From Clostridia bacterium (GTDB lineage Bacteria > Bacillota > Clostridia > UMGS1840), in NCBI GenBank assembly GCA_045541975.1, contig JAZQKB010000022.1, forward strand, positions 30,616-94,615: DNA of 64,000 nt. Direction: 5' to 3'. The position numbers were made by a program, and so were the translations under genes. The notes beneath the pieces were generated by a model, which had not been told where the DNA came from, made no database searches, and saw only the letters and a list, made by a program, of their open reading frames with translations. Shown one piece after another: positions 9,918 to 20,043 of this stretch. Every line of letters begins with the position of its first letter. The first letter of the stretch is position 1.

Positions 9918-10507
9918 TTTGGTAAAAACAGCATCGGATTCATTCGTTTTTCACCTTTTCGGATTTCAAAATGAAGATGAGGTCCTGTGGTAGTGCCGGT
10001 GTTTCCTGCAACGGCAATAGGAGAACTTTTTTCTACTGTGGTTCCCTCTGTAACAGATACACTTTCCAGATGGGCGTAGCAGGTGGAAAAATTCCCGCTA
10101 TGGGATAGAATCACATAATTGCCAAACCGTTCATCCACACCGATTTTAGAAACTGATCCCGAAGCTGCTGCTTTTACTTGGTTGTCGGTAGATATGTCTA
10201 TATCCATACCGGTATGTAGTTCCGGCTGATTGGTCAACGGGTTGATTCTGTCGCCAAAAGGGGACGTAATTTCTCCCGAAATCGGCATCATAAAGTCAGG
10301 GTAGGTGAGGTGGGTTTGGTAGGATACCTGCACATCGGATAAAAAAGCACCAACATCCGCTTCTCCTCTTAAAAAATAGTCCAAATTTTTGTGAAAACTT
10401 TCGCTGCGAAACAGGCAAAATAATATGATAGCAAGAATCAGAAAAATCCAGAGACAACCACTTTTTCGTTTGGGTGTTTCTTTGGTTTTTTGTTTTGTTC
10501 GTTTCAA
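9914..10507 (-). CDS. M23 peptidase-domain membrane protein, SpoIVFA-like
   Basis: TM helix plus HTGMD and HLHFE M23 motifs. Likely TTG start at 10507 after GGAAGGAG; its stop overlaps the spoIVFB start. Confidence 0.75.
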   Translation of the reverse strand: MKRTKQKTKETPKRKSGCLWIFLILAIILFCLFRSESFHKNLDYFLRGEADVGAFLSDVQVSYQTHLTYPDFMMPISGEITSPFGDRINPLTNQPELHTGMDIDISTDNQVKAAASGSVSKIGVDERFGNYVILSHSGNFSTCYAHLESVSVTEGTTVEKSSPIAVAGNTGTTTGPHLHFEIRKGEKRMNPMLFLPK

Positions 10508-10537
10508 TTTCAGGCTCCTTCCTTGTCCCTTTGGTTT

Positions 10538-10568
10538 ATCATATGAAAAAAAATGAAAAAATATGTGC
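10538..10568 (-). promoter_or_regulatory. sigmaE/sigmaK-like promoter of spoIVF
   Basis: Minus strand GCACATA...T-rich spacer...CATATGAT upstream of the RBS. Confidence 0.55.
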
Positions 10569-10670
10569 ATTTTCTATGGACATTTTAAAAAAATGTGATA
10601 CAATAGTATATTGAAAGACTATACTATTATATATAAGAAAAATTTTTTTATCAAAAAGGAGGGAGAAGCA

Positions 10671-11678
10671 GTGGACACAATCATTATAAAAACGGATCAC
10701 TTAGAGGATGCGGCAAAACTGATTTGTCAGGGTGAAACGGTAGTGTTTCCCACAGAAACGGTGTACGGTCTCGGTGCCGATGCCACCAATCCTGATGCAG
10801 TGCTAAAAATATTTCAAGCAAAAAACCGCCCTGCGGACAATCCGTTGATTGTGCATGTTTCTTCTTTTTCCATGATTGAGGAGGTTACCTCCGATTTTAA
10901 CGAAATGGCAAAAACAGTTGCCAAGCAGTTTATGCCAGGACCAATTACGTTGGTTTTGAAAAAAGCAGACCACATTCCTGATGCAGTGTCTGCAGGACTT
11001 TCCACTGTGGGTGTCCGCTTTCCGAAACACCCGATGGCAAGAGAACTGATCAAACTGGCAAAAACACCCATTGCAGCACCGTCTGCCAACATTTCAGGCA
11101 CTGTTTCCGCAACCCGGTTTTCCGATGTTAAGCGGGAACTTTCCGGTCGGGTTGGTGGCATTATCCAAGGTGATGATTGTGAATTTGGAATCGAATCCAC
11201 CGTGTTGGATGTCACAGGCGAGGTACCTGTGATTTTGCGGCCGGGAAGTATTACGTTGGAAATGCTTCAGGAAATTATTCCTGCAACCTGCCTGCATCCC
11301 TCTTTGGTGAAGGGCTGTGAGGAAAAACGCCCAGCCTCTCCCGGTATGAAATATACCCATTATTCTCCCAAAGCAGACGTTATTTTAGTGTATGGGGAAA
11401 TGCCGAAAATTATCTCTTATTTTGGCAAAAACTTAACCGAAACAGAGTGTTTGTTTCTGTTTTTAGAGGAATATGATACTTTTCCCAAAAATAAAATGAG
11501 TATCGGCACAAAACACGATTTATCCCAGATGGCACATCTGATTTTTTCCAAGTTAAAACAAGCTGATTTAGAGGGTTATAAAACTATTTACATTCCTGCA
11601 GTGGAAGAAAAAGGAATCGGACTTTCTGTAATGAATCGCCTCAAAAAATCCAGCGGAGGGAAGGTGCTTTCTCTGTGA
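10671..11678 (+). CDS. sua5: L-threonylcarbamoyladenylate synthase (Sua5/TsaC2)
   Basis: FPTETVYGLGA, K.RP.DNPLIVH, APSAN.SG and PGMKY.HY motifs. GTG 10671 follows AGGAGGGAG. Confidence 0.95.
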   Translation: MDTIIIKTDHLEDAAKLICQGETVVFPTETVYGLGADATNPDAVLKIFQAKNRPADNPLIVHVSSFSMIEEVTSDFNEMAKTVAKQFMPGPITLVLKKADHIPDAVSAGLSTVGVRFPKHPMARELIKLAKTPIAAPSANISGTVSATRFSDVKRELSGRVGGIIQGDDCEFGIESTVLDVTGEVPVILRPGSITLEMLQEIIPATCLHPSLVKGCEEKRPASPGMKYTHYSPKADVILVYGEMPKIISYFGKNLTETECLFLFLEEYDTFPKNKMSIGTKHDLSQMAHLIFSKLKQADLEGYKTIYIPAVEEKGIGLSVMNRLKKSSGGKVLSL

Positions 11679-12109
11679 TGAAGGTGACCGGTTTAACGCC
11701 CCAAAACGTGGAAGGTGTTTTCCAAATTGAGCAGGCCTGCTTTTCCACTCCCTGGAGTTTAGAATCTTTCAAAAACGATTTAACCAATGAAAATGCTGTT
11801 TATTTTTGTTTAGAAGAAGACGGCAAAGTAATCGGCTATGTGGGCATGTGGCAAAGCTTAGACGAAGGCAATATCAATAACATTGCCGTGTTGCAAGAGT
11901 ATCGCAGAAAAGGATACGGCAAGCTGCTTTTAGAACATCTGATTGCATACGGCAAAGAACACAATCTTTCGTTTTTGACTTTAGAGGTCAGAGAATCCAA
12001 TACGGGTGCCAGAGCACTTTATCAGTCTGTTGGCTTTTTGGAAGTGGGCAGACGGAACAAATATTATGAACGATGTGAGGACGCCATTTTAATGACGTTA
12101 ACATTTTAA
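11678..12109 (+). CDS. rimI: Ribosomal-protein-alanine N-acetyltransferase
   Basis: CF.TPWS, NIAV...RRKGYG, LEVRESN and EDAILM motifs. Confidence 0.9.
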   Translation: MKVTGLTPQNVEGVFQIEQACFSTPWSLESFKNDLTNENAVYFCLEEDGKVIGYVGMWQSLDEGNINNIAVLQEYRRKGYGKLLLEHLIAYGKEHNLSFLTLEVRESNTGARALYQSVGFLEVGRRNKYYERCEDAILMTLTF

Positions 12110-12124
12110 AACGAGGAAATCTTT

Positions 12125-13213
12125 ATGGCAAAAATTCTTGCGATTGAAACCTCTTGCGACGAAACTGCAGCAGCAGTGGTACAAGACGGCAGAGAGGTGT
12201 TATCCAATATCATATTTTCTCAGGCAGATATGCATGCCCGTTTTGGCGGTGTTGTGCCGGAGATTGCATCCCGAAAACACATTGAAATTATTGATAAAGT
12301 GGTAGACGAAGCGCTGTCTTCTTCCAATAACACCTTTGATGATTTGAATGCCATCGCCGTGACCTCCTGTCCGGGCTTAGTGGGAGCACTTTTAACAGGT
12401 GTCTCCTATGCCAAAGCGTTAAGCTACGGACGAAAATTGCCTTTAATTTCTGTCCATCATATCAAAGGGCATATCGCTGCAAACTATTTGGAAGACAAAG
12501 ACTTAAAACCGCCGTTTTTATGTTTGGTGGTTTCCGGTGGACATACTCAGATTGTGCATGTGAAGGATTATCTTTCCTTTGAAATTTTAGCCAAAACCCG
12601 TGACGATGCCATCGGCGAAGCTTATGACAAGGTGGCAAGAGTGTTGGGATTACCGTATCCCGGCGGTATGCGGGTAGACAAAATGGCACAAAAAGGAAAT
12701 CCCGATAAAATCACTTTTACTAAACCAAAGTTGGGCGATACCGACGATTTTTCTTTTAGCGGTATAAAAACAGCGGTAAATTGTTATATTAAAAAAATCT
12801 TGACCAAGCCTGTCAACGAGTATGCAGATGATGAATTTTTAACGGTTGAAGGTTTTTCTGGTTTGGGATTAAAGGTACAAGAGGGCGGCATTACCAAAAA
12901 CGATGTGGCAGCATCTTTTTCCAAAACTGTGACCAAAATGCTTTTGGATCCTTTCTTTAAACTGGCAAAAGAAAAAAATATCAAAACCGTTTGTATGGCA
13001 GGTGGCGTCAGTGCCAACTCTTTCCTTCGTAAAGAGTTTTTTGCCCGTGGAGAAAAATTGGGATTAAAAACCGTTTGTCCCCATATTTCTCTTTGTGGTG
13101 ACAACGCTGCAATGATTGGAAGTTTTGCTTATTTTAAATACGAACAGAAGCTGTTTTCCGACAGTTCTCTCAATGCCATTCCCTACATCACCATTGAGGA
13201 GGAATACAGATGA
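12125..13213 (+). CDS. tsaD: tRNA N6-threonylcarbamoyltransferase TsaD
   Basis: ILAIETSCDET, GGVVPEIASRKH, HHIKGH, SGGHT and DNAAMI motifs. Confidence 0.95.
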   Translation: MAKILAIETSCDETAAAVVQDGREVLSNIIFSQADMHARFGGVVPEIASRKHIEIIDKVVDEALSSSNNTFDDLNAIAVTSCPGLVGALLTGVSYAKALSYGRKLPLISVHHIKGHIAANYLEDKDLKPPFLCLVVSGGHTQIVHVKDYLSFEILAKTRDDAIGEAYDKVARVLGLPYPGGMRVDKMAQKGNPDKITFTKPKLGDTDDFSFSGIKTAVNCYIKKILTKPVNEYADDEFLTVEGFSGLGLKVQEGGITKNDVAASFSKTVTKMLLDPFFKLAKEKNIKTVCMAGGVSANSFLRKEFFARGEKLGLKTVCPHISLCGDNAAMIGSFAYFKYEQKLFSDSSLNAIPYITIEEEYR

Positions 13214-14466
13214 GTGAGAATACCGCATCCATCAGAAAAATACAAAAAAATGCAGATATCTATTTGTTACCTGCAGATAAATTTAAAACCTTTTCCGTAA
13301 GTTTTCACTTTTTTACCGAGCTTCGGGAGGACTGCGTTACCAAAAATGCGCTGTTTCCCTTTCTGTTAAAGCTTGGTAGCAAAAACTTTCCCGATATGTT
13401 ATCGGTCAATAAACGACTCCAGGAATTATACGGCGGTGTGTTTGAATGCCGTGTGGCAAAACGTGGTGACCGGCATATGTTAAGCTTTGTGTTTGAGTTT
13501 CTGCGTCCCGAATACTCCGATGGTGAACAACTGGAAAATTCCTTATCCTTTATGAAGGAGATGCTTACCAATCCCTTAGTGATTGACGGAGGATTTTCTG
13601 AGGAATTTGTTAACCGTGAAAAAGAAAACCTTACCGACTATATTAACGGTATCATCAACGATAAACGAGAATACACCACGCTGCGTCTGGTGGAGGAAAT
13701 GTTTTCGGGCGACAGCTATGCATTATATGAATATGGCAAGGTTTCCGATTTAGCCAACATTTCTGCCAAAGACTTGTACGATTGTTATTGTGATATTCTA
13801 AAGACTGCCCCCTTAATGATTTTCATTTCGGGGAATTTGGAAGAGAAACGGTTTTTAGATACCTTCTCTGTTCTTTTGGAACAGGAAAGAAAACCTCTTG
13901 CTGACAACAAAATTTATGATAGAAATCTTCCTTCCCCCAAAAAAGTGGAAGAAAACGAAAATCTGGTGCAGGGGAAATTTGCCCTTGGCTTTCAGACAGG
14001 TATTTTGCCGGACAGCGAGGACTACTATGCTTTGAATCTTTTAAACAGTGTGTTTGGCTCCGGTCCTCATTCCAAGCTCTTTATGAATGTGAGAGAAAAA
14101 ATGTCTCTTTGCTATTATGTGTATTCCCGTTTAAACCGTATGAAGGGGACCATGCAAGTTGGCATCGGCACAGATAAAGAAAACTTCAAAAAAGCTTATG
14201 ATGCGATTTTAGAGCAGTTGGAATTATGCAAAAAAGGCGAAATTTCTGAAGAAGAAATTGCTTTTTCCAAAAAATTTATTGTTGGTATTTTAAAGCAAAC
14301 TGCCGACAATCAGCATAATATTGCAGATTTTTATATGACAGGAATCTTAGCGGGACGGGTGCTCTCTCCCGAAGAATATATCAAAAAAATTGAGTCTCTT
14401 ACCAAAGAGGACTTGGTACGGGTGGCGCAGAATATCACCCTGCAAACCGAATACTATTTATCGTAG
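13210..14466 (+). CDS. M16 peptidase-like protein, inactive subunit (YmfF/YfmF family)
   Basis: DKFKT and SKLFMNVREKMSLCYY motifs; no HXXEH; paired with the next gene. Confidence 0.85.
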   Translation: MSENTASIRKIQKNADIYLLPADKFKTFSVSFHFFTELREDCVTKNALFPFLLKLGSKNFPDMLSVNKRLQELYGGVFECRVAKRGDRHMLSFVFEFLRPEYSDGEQLENSLSFMKEMLTNPLVIDGGFSEEFVNREKENLTDYINGIINDKREYTTLRLVEEMFSGDSYALYEYGKVSDLANISAKDLYDCYCDILKTAPLMIFISGNLEEKRFLDTFSVLLEQERKPLADNKIYDRNLPSPKKVEENENLVQGKFALGFQTGILPDSEDYYALNLLNSVFGSGPHSKLFMNVREKMSLCYYVYSRLNRMKGTMQVGIGTDKENFKKAYDAILEQLELCKKGEISEEEIAFSKKFIVGILKQTADNQHNIADFYMTGILAGRVLSPEEYIKKIESLTKEDLVRVAQNITLQTEYYLS

Positions 14467-14481
14467 AAAGGAGGAATCAGT

Positions 14482-15765
14482 TTGCAATTTCAAAAACGTG
14501 TGGAAGAAAAATTAGGGGAAACTCTTTATTTTGGCACGCATGAAAGCGGTCTGGACGTGTTCGTGCTTCCCAAACAAGGATTTTCCAAGAAATATGCCAT
14601 TTATTCCGTGAAATACGGCTCTATTGATACCTCCTATACGGTCGGTGGAAAGCTGGTCAACGATCCGATGGGGATTGCACATTTTTTAGAGCATAAGCTC
14701 TTTGAGTTGCCTGGCGGCGGAAATGCGTTTGATTTGTTTTCCAAAACCGGAGGCAATGCCAATGCATTTACCTCTCACGATATGACCGGTTACCTTTTTT
14801 CCTGCAGTGATCATTTTAACGAAAACTTAGACATCCTGCTTTCTTATGTCAACGATCCTTACTTCACCGTGGAAAACGTGGCAAAAGAGCAGGGAATTAT
14901 CGCTCAGGAAATCAAAATGTATGACGATGATCCCGAGTGGAGATTGTTTAACAATGCGTTAGAAGCCTTATATCACAATAACCCGGTGAGAAACGATATT
15001 GCAGGTACGGTGGAATCCATTGCACAGATTGATAAGGATTTATTGTATCAGATTTATAACACCTTCTATCATCCCGAAAATATGGTGCTTTTTGTGGCAG
15101 GAGATGTGGATTTGGAGGACGTTTCCCGCTTGGTGGATAAAAATGTGAAGAAAAGAGAAACGCCCTTTCAGGTGGAAAGAACTGCATATCCCGAACCTGA
15201 TTGTGTGAAGCAGAAACGGATTCAAAAAGAAATGAGCGTGTCAAAACCCAGCTTCATTTTAGGATTTAAAGAAAACCATGTGGGGATTTTTGGAAAAGAA
15301 CTGCTCCGGAAAAATATGGAAACAAGTCTGATTTTAAAGATGCTCTTTTCCCAGTCTGCACCTCTTTATAACGAGCTTTATCAGAAAGGCTTAATCAATG
15401 ATACGTTCGGCTTTGATTGTATTAGCGGCGATCATTATTTTGCCACCTTGTTAAACGGAGAAGCAAACGATATTGATGCAACCGCCGATGCTATTTTAAA
15501 AGGCATTGAAAGAGCAAAGCAGGAAGGCTTTTTAAAAGAAGATGTAGAACGTTACAAAAAGGCGGCAATGGGCAGACAAATCCGCGTCTACGATTCTCTG
15601 GAATCGGTTGCCAATAACTTTTCTTCCAACTATTTTTACGGCATTGATGCCTTTGACTTCTTAGAAATCTATCCCACGATTACGGAAGAAAGTTTGCTTT
15701 CCCGTATGAAAGAAATTTTTAATGAACACTATGCGATTTCCGAAATGTATCCTATTTCAAAATAG
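14482..15765 (+). CDS. M16 zinc peptidase (YmfH/YfmH family)
   Basis: GIAHFLEHKLF, NAFTS and KEQGIIAQEIKMY motifs; TTG start after AAGGAGG. Confidence 0.9.
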   Translation: MQFQKRVEEKLGETLYFGTHESGLDVFVLPKQGFSKKYAIYSVKYGSIDTSYTVGGKLVNDPMGIAHFLEHKLFELPGGGNAFDLFSKTGGNANAFTSHDMTGYLFSCSDHFNENLDILLSYVNDPYFTVENVAKEQGIIAQEIKMYDDDPEWRLFNNALEALYHNNPVRNDIAGTVESIAQIDKDLLYQIYNTFYHPENMVLFVAGDVDLEDVSRLVDKNVKKRETPFQVERTAYPEPDCVKQKRIQKEMSVSKPSFILGFKENHVGIFGKELLRKNMETSLILKMLFSQSAPLYNELYQKGLINDTFGFDCISGDHYFATLLNGEANDIDATADAILKGIERAKQEGFLKEDVERYKKAAMGRQIRVYDSLESVANNFSSNYFYGIDAFDFLEIYPTITEESLLSRMKEIFNEHYAISEMYPISK

Positions 15766-15799
15766 AACCAATCATTGCTAACAAAGGAGAAAATGCACG

Positions 15800-16669
15800 A
15801 TGAGTATTATTGAATTTCCAAATCTGGGATTACAGTTCTCAGTGAATAAAATTGCCTTTTCCATCGGTTCTGTAGATGTGCATTGGTATGCGCTGATTAT
15901 TTTAACCGGTGTTGTTTTAGGATTTTTATATGCCACGCTGTTTGCAAAACGTGAAAAACTGGATACCGATTGTTTATATGATGTGCTTCTTTGGGGATTG
16001 CCCAGTGCCATCATTGCAGCAAGAGCTTATTATGTGATTTTTAATTTCTCTCATTTTCAGGATAATTTGTGGTCAATTTTTTATATCTGGGAAGGCGGAA
16101 TTGCTATTTACGGCGCTGTTATCGGTGCGGCAATTTCCACCTACATATATGCCAGAGCGAAAAAACTTTCTGTGTTGCAGTTATTTGATATGGGAGCCTT
16201 TGGCTTAATCGTTGGCCAGGCAATCGGCAGATGGGGCAATTTTGTGAACGAAGAAGCGTTTGGCTGCGCTACCGATTCCTTATTTGCAATGTCCAGCAAG
16301 TCGATTCGTGTGGAATTGATCCGTCAGGGGCAGTTGGATGTGTTGAGCCCCTTTGCCAATATGATGGGAGCACACCCCACCTTCCTTTATGAATCTGTGT
16401 GGAATTTATTGGGAGCAATCCTCCTTGGCGTTTTTCACCGCTACAAAAAACATCACGGACAGATTTTCTTTTTGTATCTTGCCTGGTACGGAATCGGCAG
16501 ATTCTTTATTGAAGGTCTCAGAATGGACAGCTTATATTGCGGTCCGATCCGTGTTTCTCAGTTAGTTGGATTGGTGACTGCCGTGGTTGGCATTGTAATG
16601 CTTGTGTATTACTTTAAAAAACCGGCAACCTTTCCTGTGAAGCCGGTTTGCGAGGATGAACAAAACTAA
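15800..16669 (+). CDS. lgt: Prolipoprotein diacylglyceryl transferase
   Basis: WY, GGIAIYG, QAIGRWGNFVN.E, HPTFLYES and RFFIEGLR.D motifs. Confidence 0.96.
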   Translation: MSIIEFPNLGLQFSVNKIAFSIGSVDVHWYALIILTGVVLGFLYATLFAKREKLDTDCLYDVLLWGLPSAIIAARAYYVIFNFSHFQDNLWSIFYIWEGGIAIYGAVIGAAISTYIYARAKKLSVLQLFDMGAFGLIVGQAIGRWGNFVNEEAFGCATDSLFAMSSKSIRVELIRQGQLDVLSPFANMMGAHPTFLYESVWNLLGAILLGVFHRYKKHHGQIFFLYLAWYGIGRFFIEGLRMDSLYCGPIRVSQLVGLVTAVVGIVMLVYYFKKPATFPVKPVCEDEQN

Positions 16670-16702
16670 TCCCATCACCAAAAAAAGGAGATACTCTATT
16701 CT

Positions 16703-17836
16703 ATGCTGCACATATCAGAAAACGCACCCTATGCGATCTGGCTGAATCAGATGCTGGGATACGGCAATCAATGCACCAAACAACTGGTAACGCAATTTGG
16801 TTCCCCAAAAGCAGTATTTGATTTAACCTCAGATCAGATTGAAAACATTACATTTTTAAACAAAAAGCAGAAAACCACACTTCATAATAAAAATTTAGAA
16901 TATGCTTATTCGGTGATTGAAACCTGTAAGGAAAAACGGATTTGTGTGTATTGTTTCGGTGACGAAGACTATCCGGACTGTTTGTCGGTAATTTATGCAC
17001 CGCCCATGGTACTATACGAAAAAGGAAAACATTTTGATTACGACAAAATTCCTGCCTTTGCGATTGTGGGTACCCGTTCTTTAACGGAATACGGTAGACG
17101 CACCGCTTTTGATTTCGCCAAAGATTTGGCTCGCAGCGGGTTACTTGTGGTCAGCGGTATGGCAGACGGTTGTGACGCTCAGGCGCATTTGGGAGCTTTA
17201 AAAGCAGGCAAACCCACCGTTGCCGTGTTGGGTACGGGTGTGGATGTGATTTATCCGAAAGTGAACACGGAATTATATGAATATATTGTGGATTACGGTA
17301 CCGTTTTAAGTGAGTATCCGCCCGGAACCAAAGCGACTCACTATGCATTCCCACAAAGAAACCGTATTATCAGTGCTATTTCTATGGGAACGCTGGTAGT
17401 AGAAGGGGATTTGGGTAGCGGTTCTCTGTATACAGCAGATCACGCTAACAATCAGGGAAAAGATGTCTTTGTGATCCCGAATAACATTTATGCGGAAACC
17501 AGCCGTGGAACCAATCAGCTATTAAAGGAATTTGCCTTGATGGCAACTTGTCCTTCCGATATTGTGGAACGCTATGTGGACCGTTTTCCTGAATATTTGT
17601 ATCAGGAAGTTAAGAAGCATAAGGTTCCGCATGAAGTATACTTAGAATCACTAAAAAACCTTACTGATGAACAGAAGCAGGTTGTGGCAGAACTTTCCGA
17701 AAAACCAAAATACATTGATGAAATTGTCCGAAGAACCGGTATGCCGGCAGGAAAGGTAAACGGTATTCTGACTCTTTTGATGTTAAATGATATTGTTTAC
17801 ATGGTACCCGGAAATTCTTACGCACTGAAACTTTAG
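16703..17836 (+). CDS. dprA: DNA-processing protein DprA
   Basis: AIVGTR, VVSGMA.G.D, FPQRNRIIS and GSGSL.TA motifs; upstream of topA. Confidence 0.95.
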   Translation: MLHISENAPYAIWLNQMLGYGNQCTKQLVTQFGSPKAVFDLTSDQIENITFLNKKQKTTLHNKNLEYAYSVIETCKEKRICVYCFGDEDYPDCLSVIYAPPMVLYEKGKHFDYDKIPAFAIVGTRSLTEYGRRTAFDFAKDLARSGLLVVSGMADGCDAQAHLGALKAGKPTVAVLGTGVDVIYPKVNTELYEYIVDYGTVLSEYPPGTKATHYAFPQRNRIISAISMGTLVVEGDLGSGSLYTADHANNQGKDVFVIPNNIYAETSRGTNQLLKEFALMATCPSDIVERYVDRFPEYLYQEVKKHKVPHEVYLESLKNLTDEQKQVVAELSEKPKYIDEIVRRTGMPAGKVNGILTLLMLNDIVYMVPGNSYALKL

Positions 17837-17862
17837 AAACCAAAAAAGGAGAATCAAAATAC

Positions 17863-20040
17863 ATGGCACAGAACTTAATCATTGTGGAATCCCCTGCCAA
17901 GGCAAAAACCATTGAAAAATACCTTGGCGGTGAATATGAGGTTATTGCTTCCATGGGGCATTTAAGAGATTTGCCCAAGAAAACCATGGGGGTAGATATC
18001 GAAAACAATTTTACACCAAAATATCAGATTATGCCCGAACGTAAGGATTTGGTGAAAAAACTCAGTCAGCTTGCAAAATCAGCTGACCGTGTTTATCTCG
18101 CAACTGACCCTGACCGTGAAGGGGAAGCAATCAGCTGGCATATTGCCAATTTACTGAATATCGACGAAAAAGAACCTTGCCGTGTGACCTTTAACGAAAT
18201 TACCAAAAGTGCGGTAACCGAAGCAATGAAGTCTCCCCGTGCCATTGATTTAGACTTAGTGGATGCTCAGCAGGCACGTCGTATTTTGGATCGAATCGTA
18301 GGCTATAAATTAAGTCCATTCCTCTGGAAAAAAATCAGAAAAGGATTATCTGCAGGTCGTGTGCAGTCTGTAACGGTTCGCATGATTTGTGACCGTGAGG
18401 ATGAAATCAGCAAATTCGTTCCCGAAGAATACTGGACCATGGATGCAGAATTTTTAACTGCTGATAAGAAAAAAATGGTTTCCCGTTTGTACGGTAAAAA
18501 CGGCAAAAAATTTGAGATTAAAAATGCGGAAGTTGCATCTTTAGTGGCAACTGAATTGAAAGCATCCGACATTACCGTCAAGAGTGTGAAAAAAACTGTG
18601 AAAAAACGGTATGCATTTCCGCCATACAGTACCAGTACTTTGCAGCAGGATGCTTCCCGTAAACTGAATTTTACTTCCCGTAAAACCATGTCTGTTGCCC
18701 AGACCTTATACGAAGGGGTAGAAGTTGCAGGAAAAGGGTTGCTTGGTTTAATCACTTACATGAGAACCGACAGCTTGCGGGTATCTCAGGATGCCATTGC
18801 TGCTGCCAAAGATTACACCTTAAAAAATATCGGCAAAGAATACTATCCCGATAAACCCAATGTGTATAAGAAAAAAGGTGCTAATACTCAGGATGCTCAC
18901 GAAGCAATCCGTCCCACCTATATTGATTTAGAACCCGATCAGATTAAATCTTCTCTTTCAAACGATCAGTATAAACTCTATAAACTCATCTGGAACCGTT
19001 TCTTGTCTTCTCAGTTAAAACCTGCGTTATTTGACGTAATTACTGTGGAAGTGGAAGCAAACGGTGAAAGTAGTGTATATAATTTCCGTTCTTCTGCCCA
19101 AAATATGACCTTCGACGGTTGCATGAAGTTCTATCTTGCTCCCGATGAAGAGGAAGACGACAAGGTGAAAATTCCTCCTGTGAAGGATGGCGACTCCCTA
19201 ACTTTATCCAAGCTGAAGGATAAACAGAATTTCACCACCCCTCCTGCCCGTTACACCGAAGCAAGCTTAATTAAAGCACTGGAAGAAAAGGGCATCGGTC
19301 GTCCGTCTACCTATGCTCCCACCATTTACACCGTATTAAGCCGTGAATATATTGAAAAAGAAGGGAAAGCTTTAAAACCCACTTCTTTGGGTGCTTTGGT
19401 CACGGATGTCATGAAGAAAAGCTTTGCCAACATTGTGGACGAAAAGTTTACTGCAACCATGGAAGAAGAATTGGACGGTATCGAATCCGGCAAATACTGG
19501 AAGGATGTTTTGGGAGCGTTCTATGAAGACTTCCAGAAAGAGCTTTCTCAGGCAGATCAGACTGTGGAAAAAACTCCCGAGGTTACCGATGTGCTTTGTG
19601 ATAAATGCGGTGCCAATATGGTGATTAAAAGCGGTAAATTCGGCAAGTTCTTAGCTTGTCCCAACTATCCGGAATGCAAAACCACCAAGCCTTTAATTAA
19701 GGAAATTGAAAACATTCCCTGTCCCAAATGCGGTAACAAGCTTTTGGAACGAAAATCCCGTACCGGCAAAATCTTCTATGGCTGCGAAAAGTATCCGGAA
19801 TGTGATTTTGCATCCTGGGATAAACCCACCGGTAAAACCTGCGAAAAATGCGGCAGCTATATGGTAGTGAAAAAATATCAGCGTGGCGGAAAAGAGTATT
19901 GTTCCAACGAAGCTTGTGAACTGAGTGCTCCCAAACCTAAAACCAAAACTGCAAAAACTACCAAAGATACCAAAACAACGAAGGAAACGAAAAAAACTGC
20001 AACCAAAAAAACCACCCGTAAAAAGGCGGAAAAGGAATAA
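17863..20040 (+). CDS. topA: DNA topoisomerase I
   Basis: LIIVESPAKAKTI, ATDPDREGEAI, SAGRVQS, ITYMRTD, zinc ribbons and a Lys/Thr-rich tail. Confidence 0.98.
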   Translation: MAQNLIIVESPAKAKTIEKYLGGEYEVIASMGHLRDLPKKTMGVDIENNFTPKYQIMPERKDLVKKLSQLAKSADRVYLATDPDREGEAISWHIANLLNIDEKEPCRVTFNEITKSAVTEAMKSPRAIDLDLVDAQQARRILDRIVGYKLSPFLWKKIRKGLSAGRVQSVTVRMICDREDEISKFVPEEYWTMDAEFLTADKKKMVSRLYGKNGKKFEIKNAEVASLVATELKASDITVKSVKKTVKKRYAFPPYSTSTLQQDASRKLNFTSRKTMSVAQTLYEGVEVAGKGLLGLITYMRTDSLRVSQDAIAAAKDYTLKNIGKEYYPDKPNVYKKKGANTQDAHEAIRPTYIDLEPDQIKSSLSNDQYKLYKLIWNRFLSSQLKPALFDVITVEVEANGESSVYNFRSSAQNMTFDGCMKFYLAPDEEEDDKVKIPPVKDGDSLTLSKLKDKQNFTTPPARYTEASLIKALEEKGIGRPSTYAPTIYTVLSREYIEKEGKALKPTSLGALVTDVMKKSFANIVDEKFTATMEEELDGIESGKYWKDVLGAFYEDFQKELSQADQTVEKTPEVTDVLCDKCGANMVIKSGKFGKFLACPNYPECKTTKPLIKEIENIPCPKCGNKLLERKSRTGKIFYGCEKYPECDFASWDKPTGKTCEKCGSYMVVKKYQRGGKEYCSNEACELSAPKPKTKTAKTTKDTKTTKETKKTATKKTTRKKAEKE

Positions 20041-20043
20041 ATT

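Noticed and set aside
19935-20037. Lys/Thr-rich repetitive topA tail as a new domain
   Set aside because: Basic low-complexity tails are common on bacterial TopA; noted only as a slippage example.
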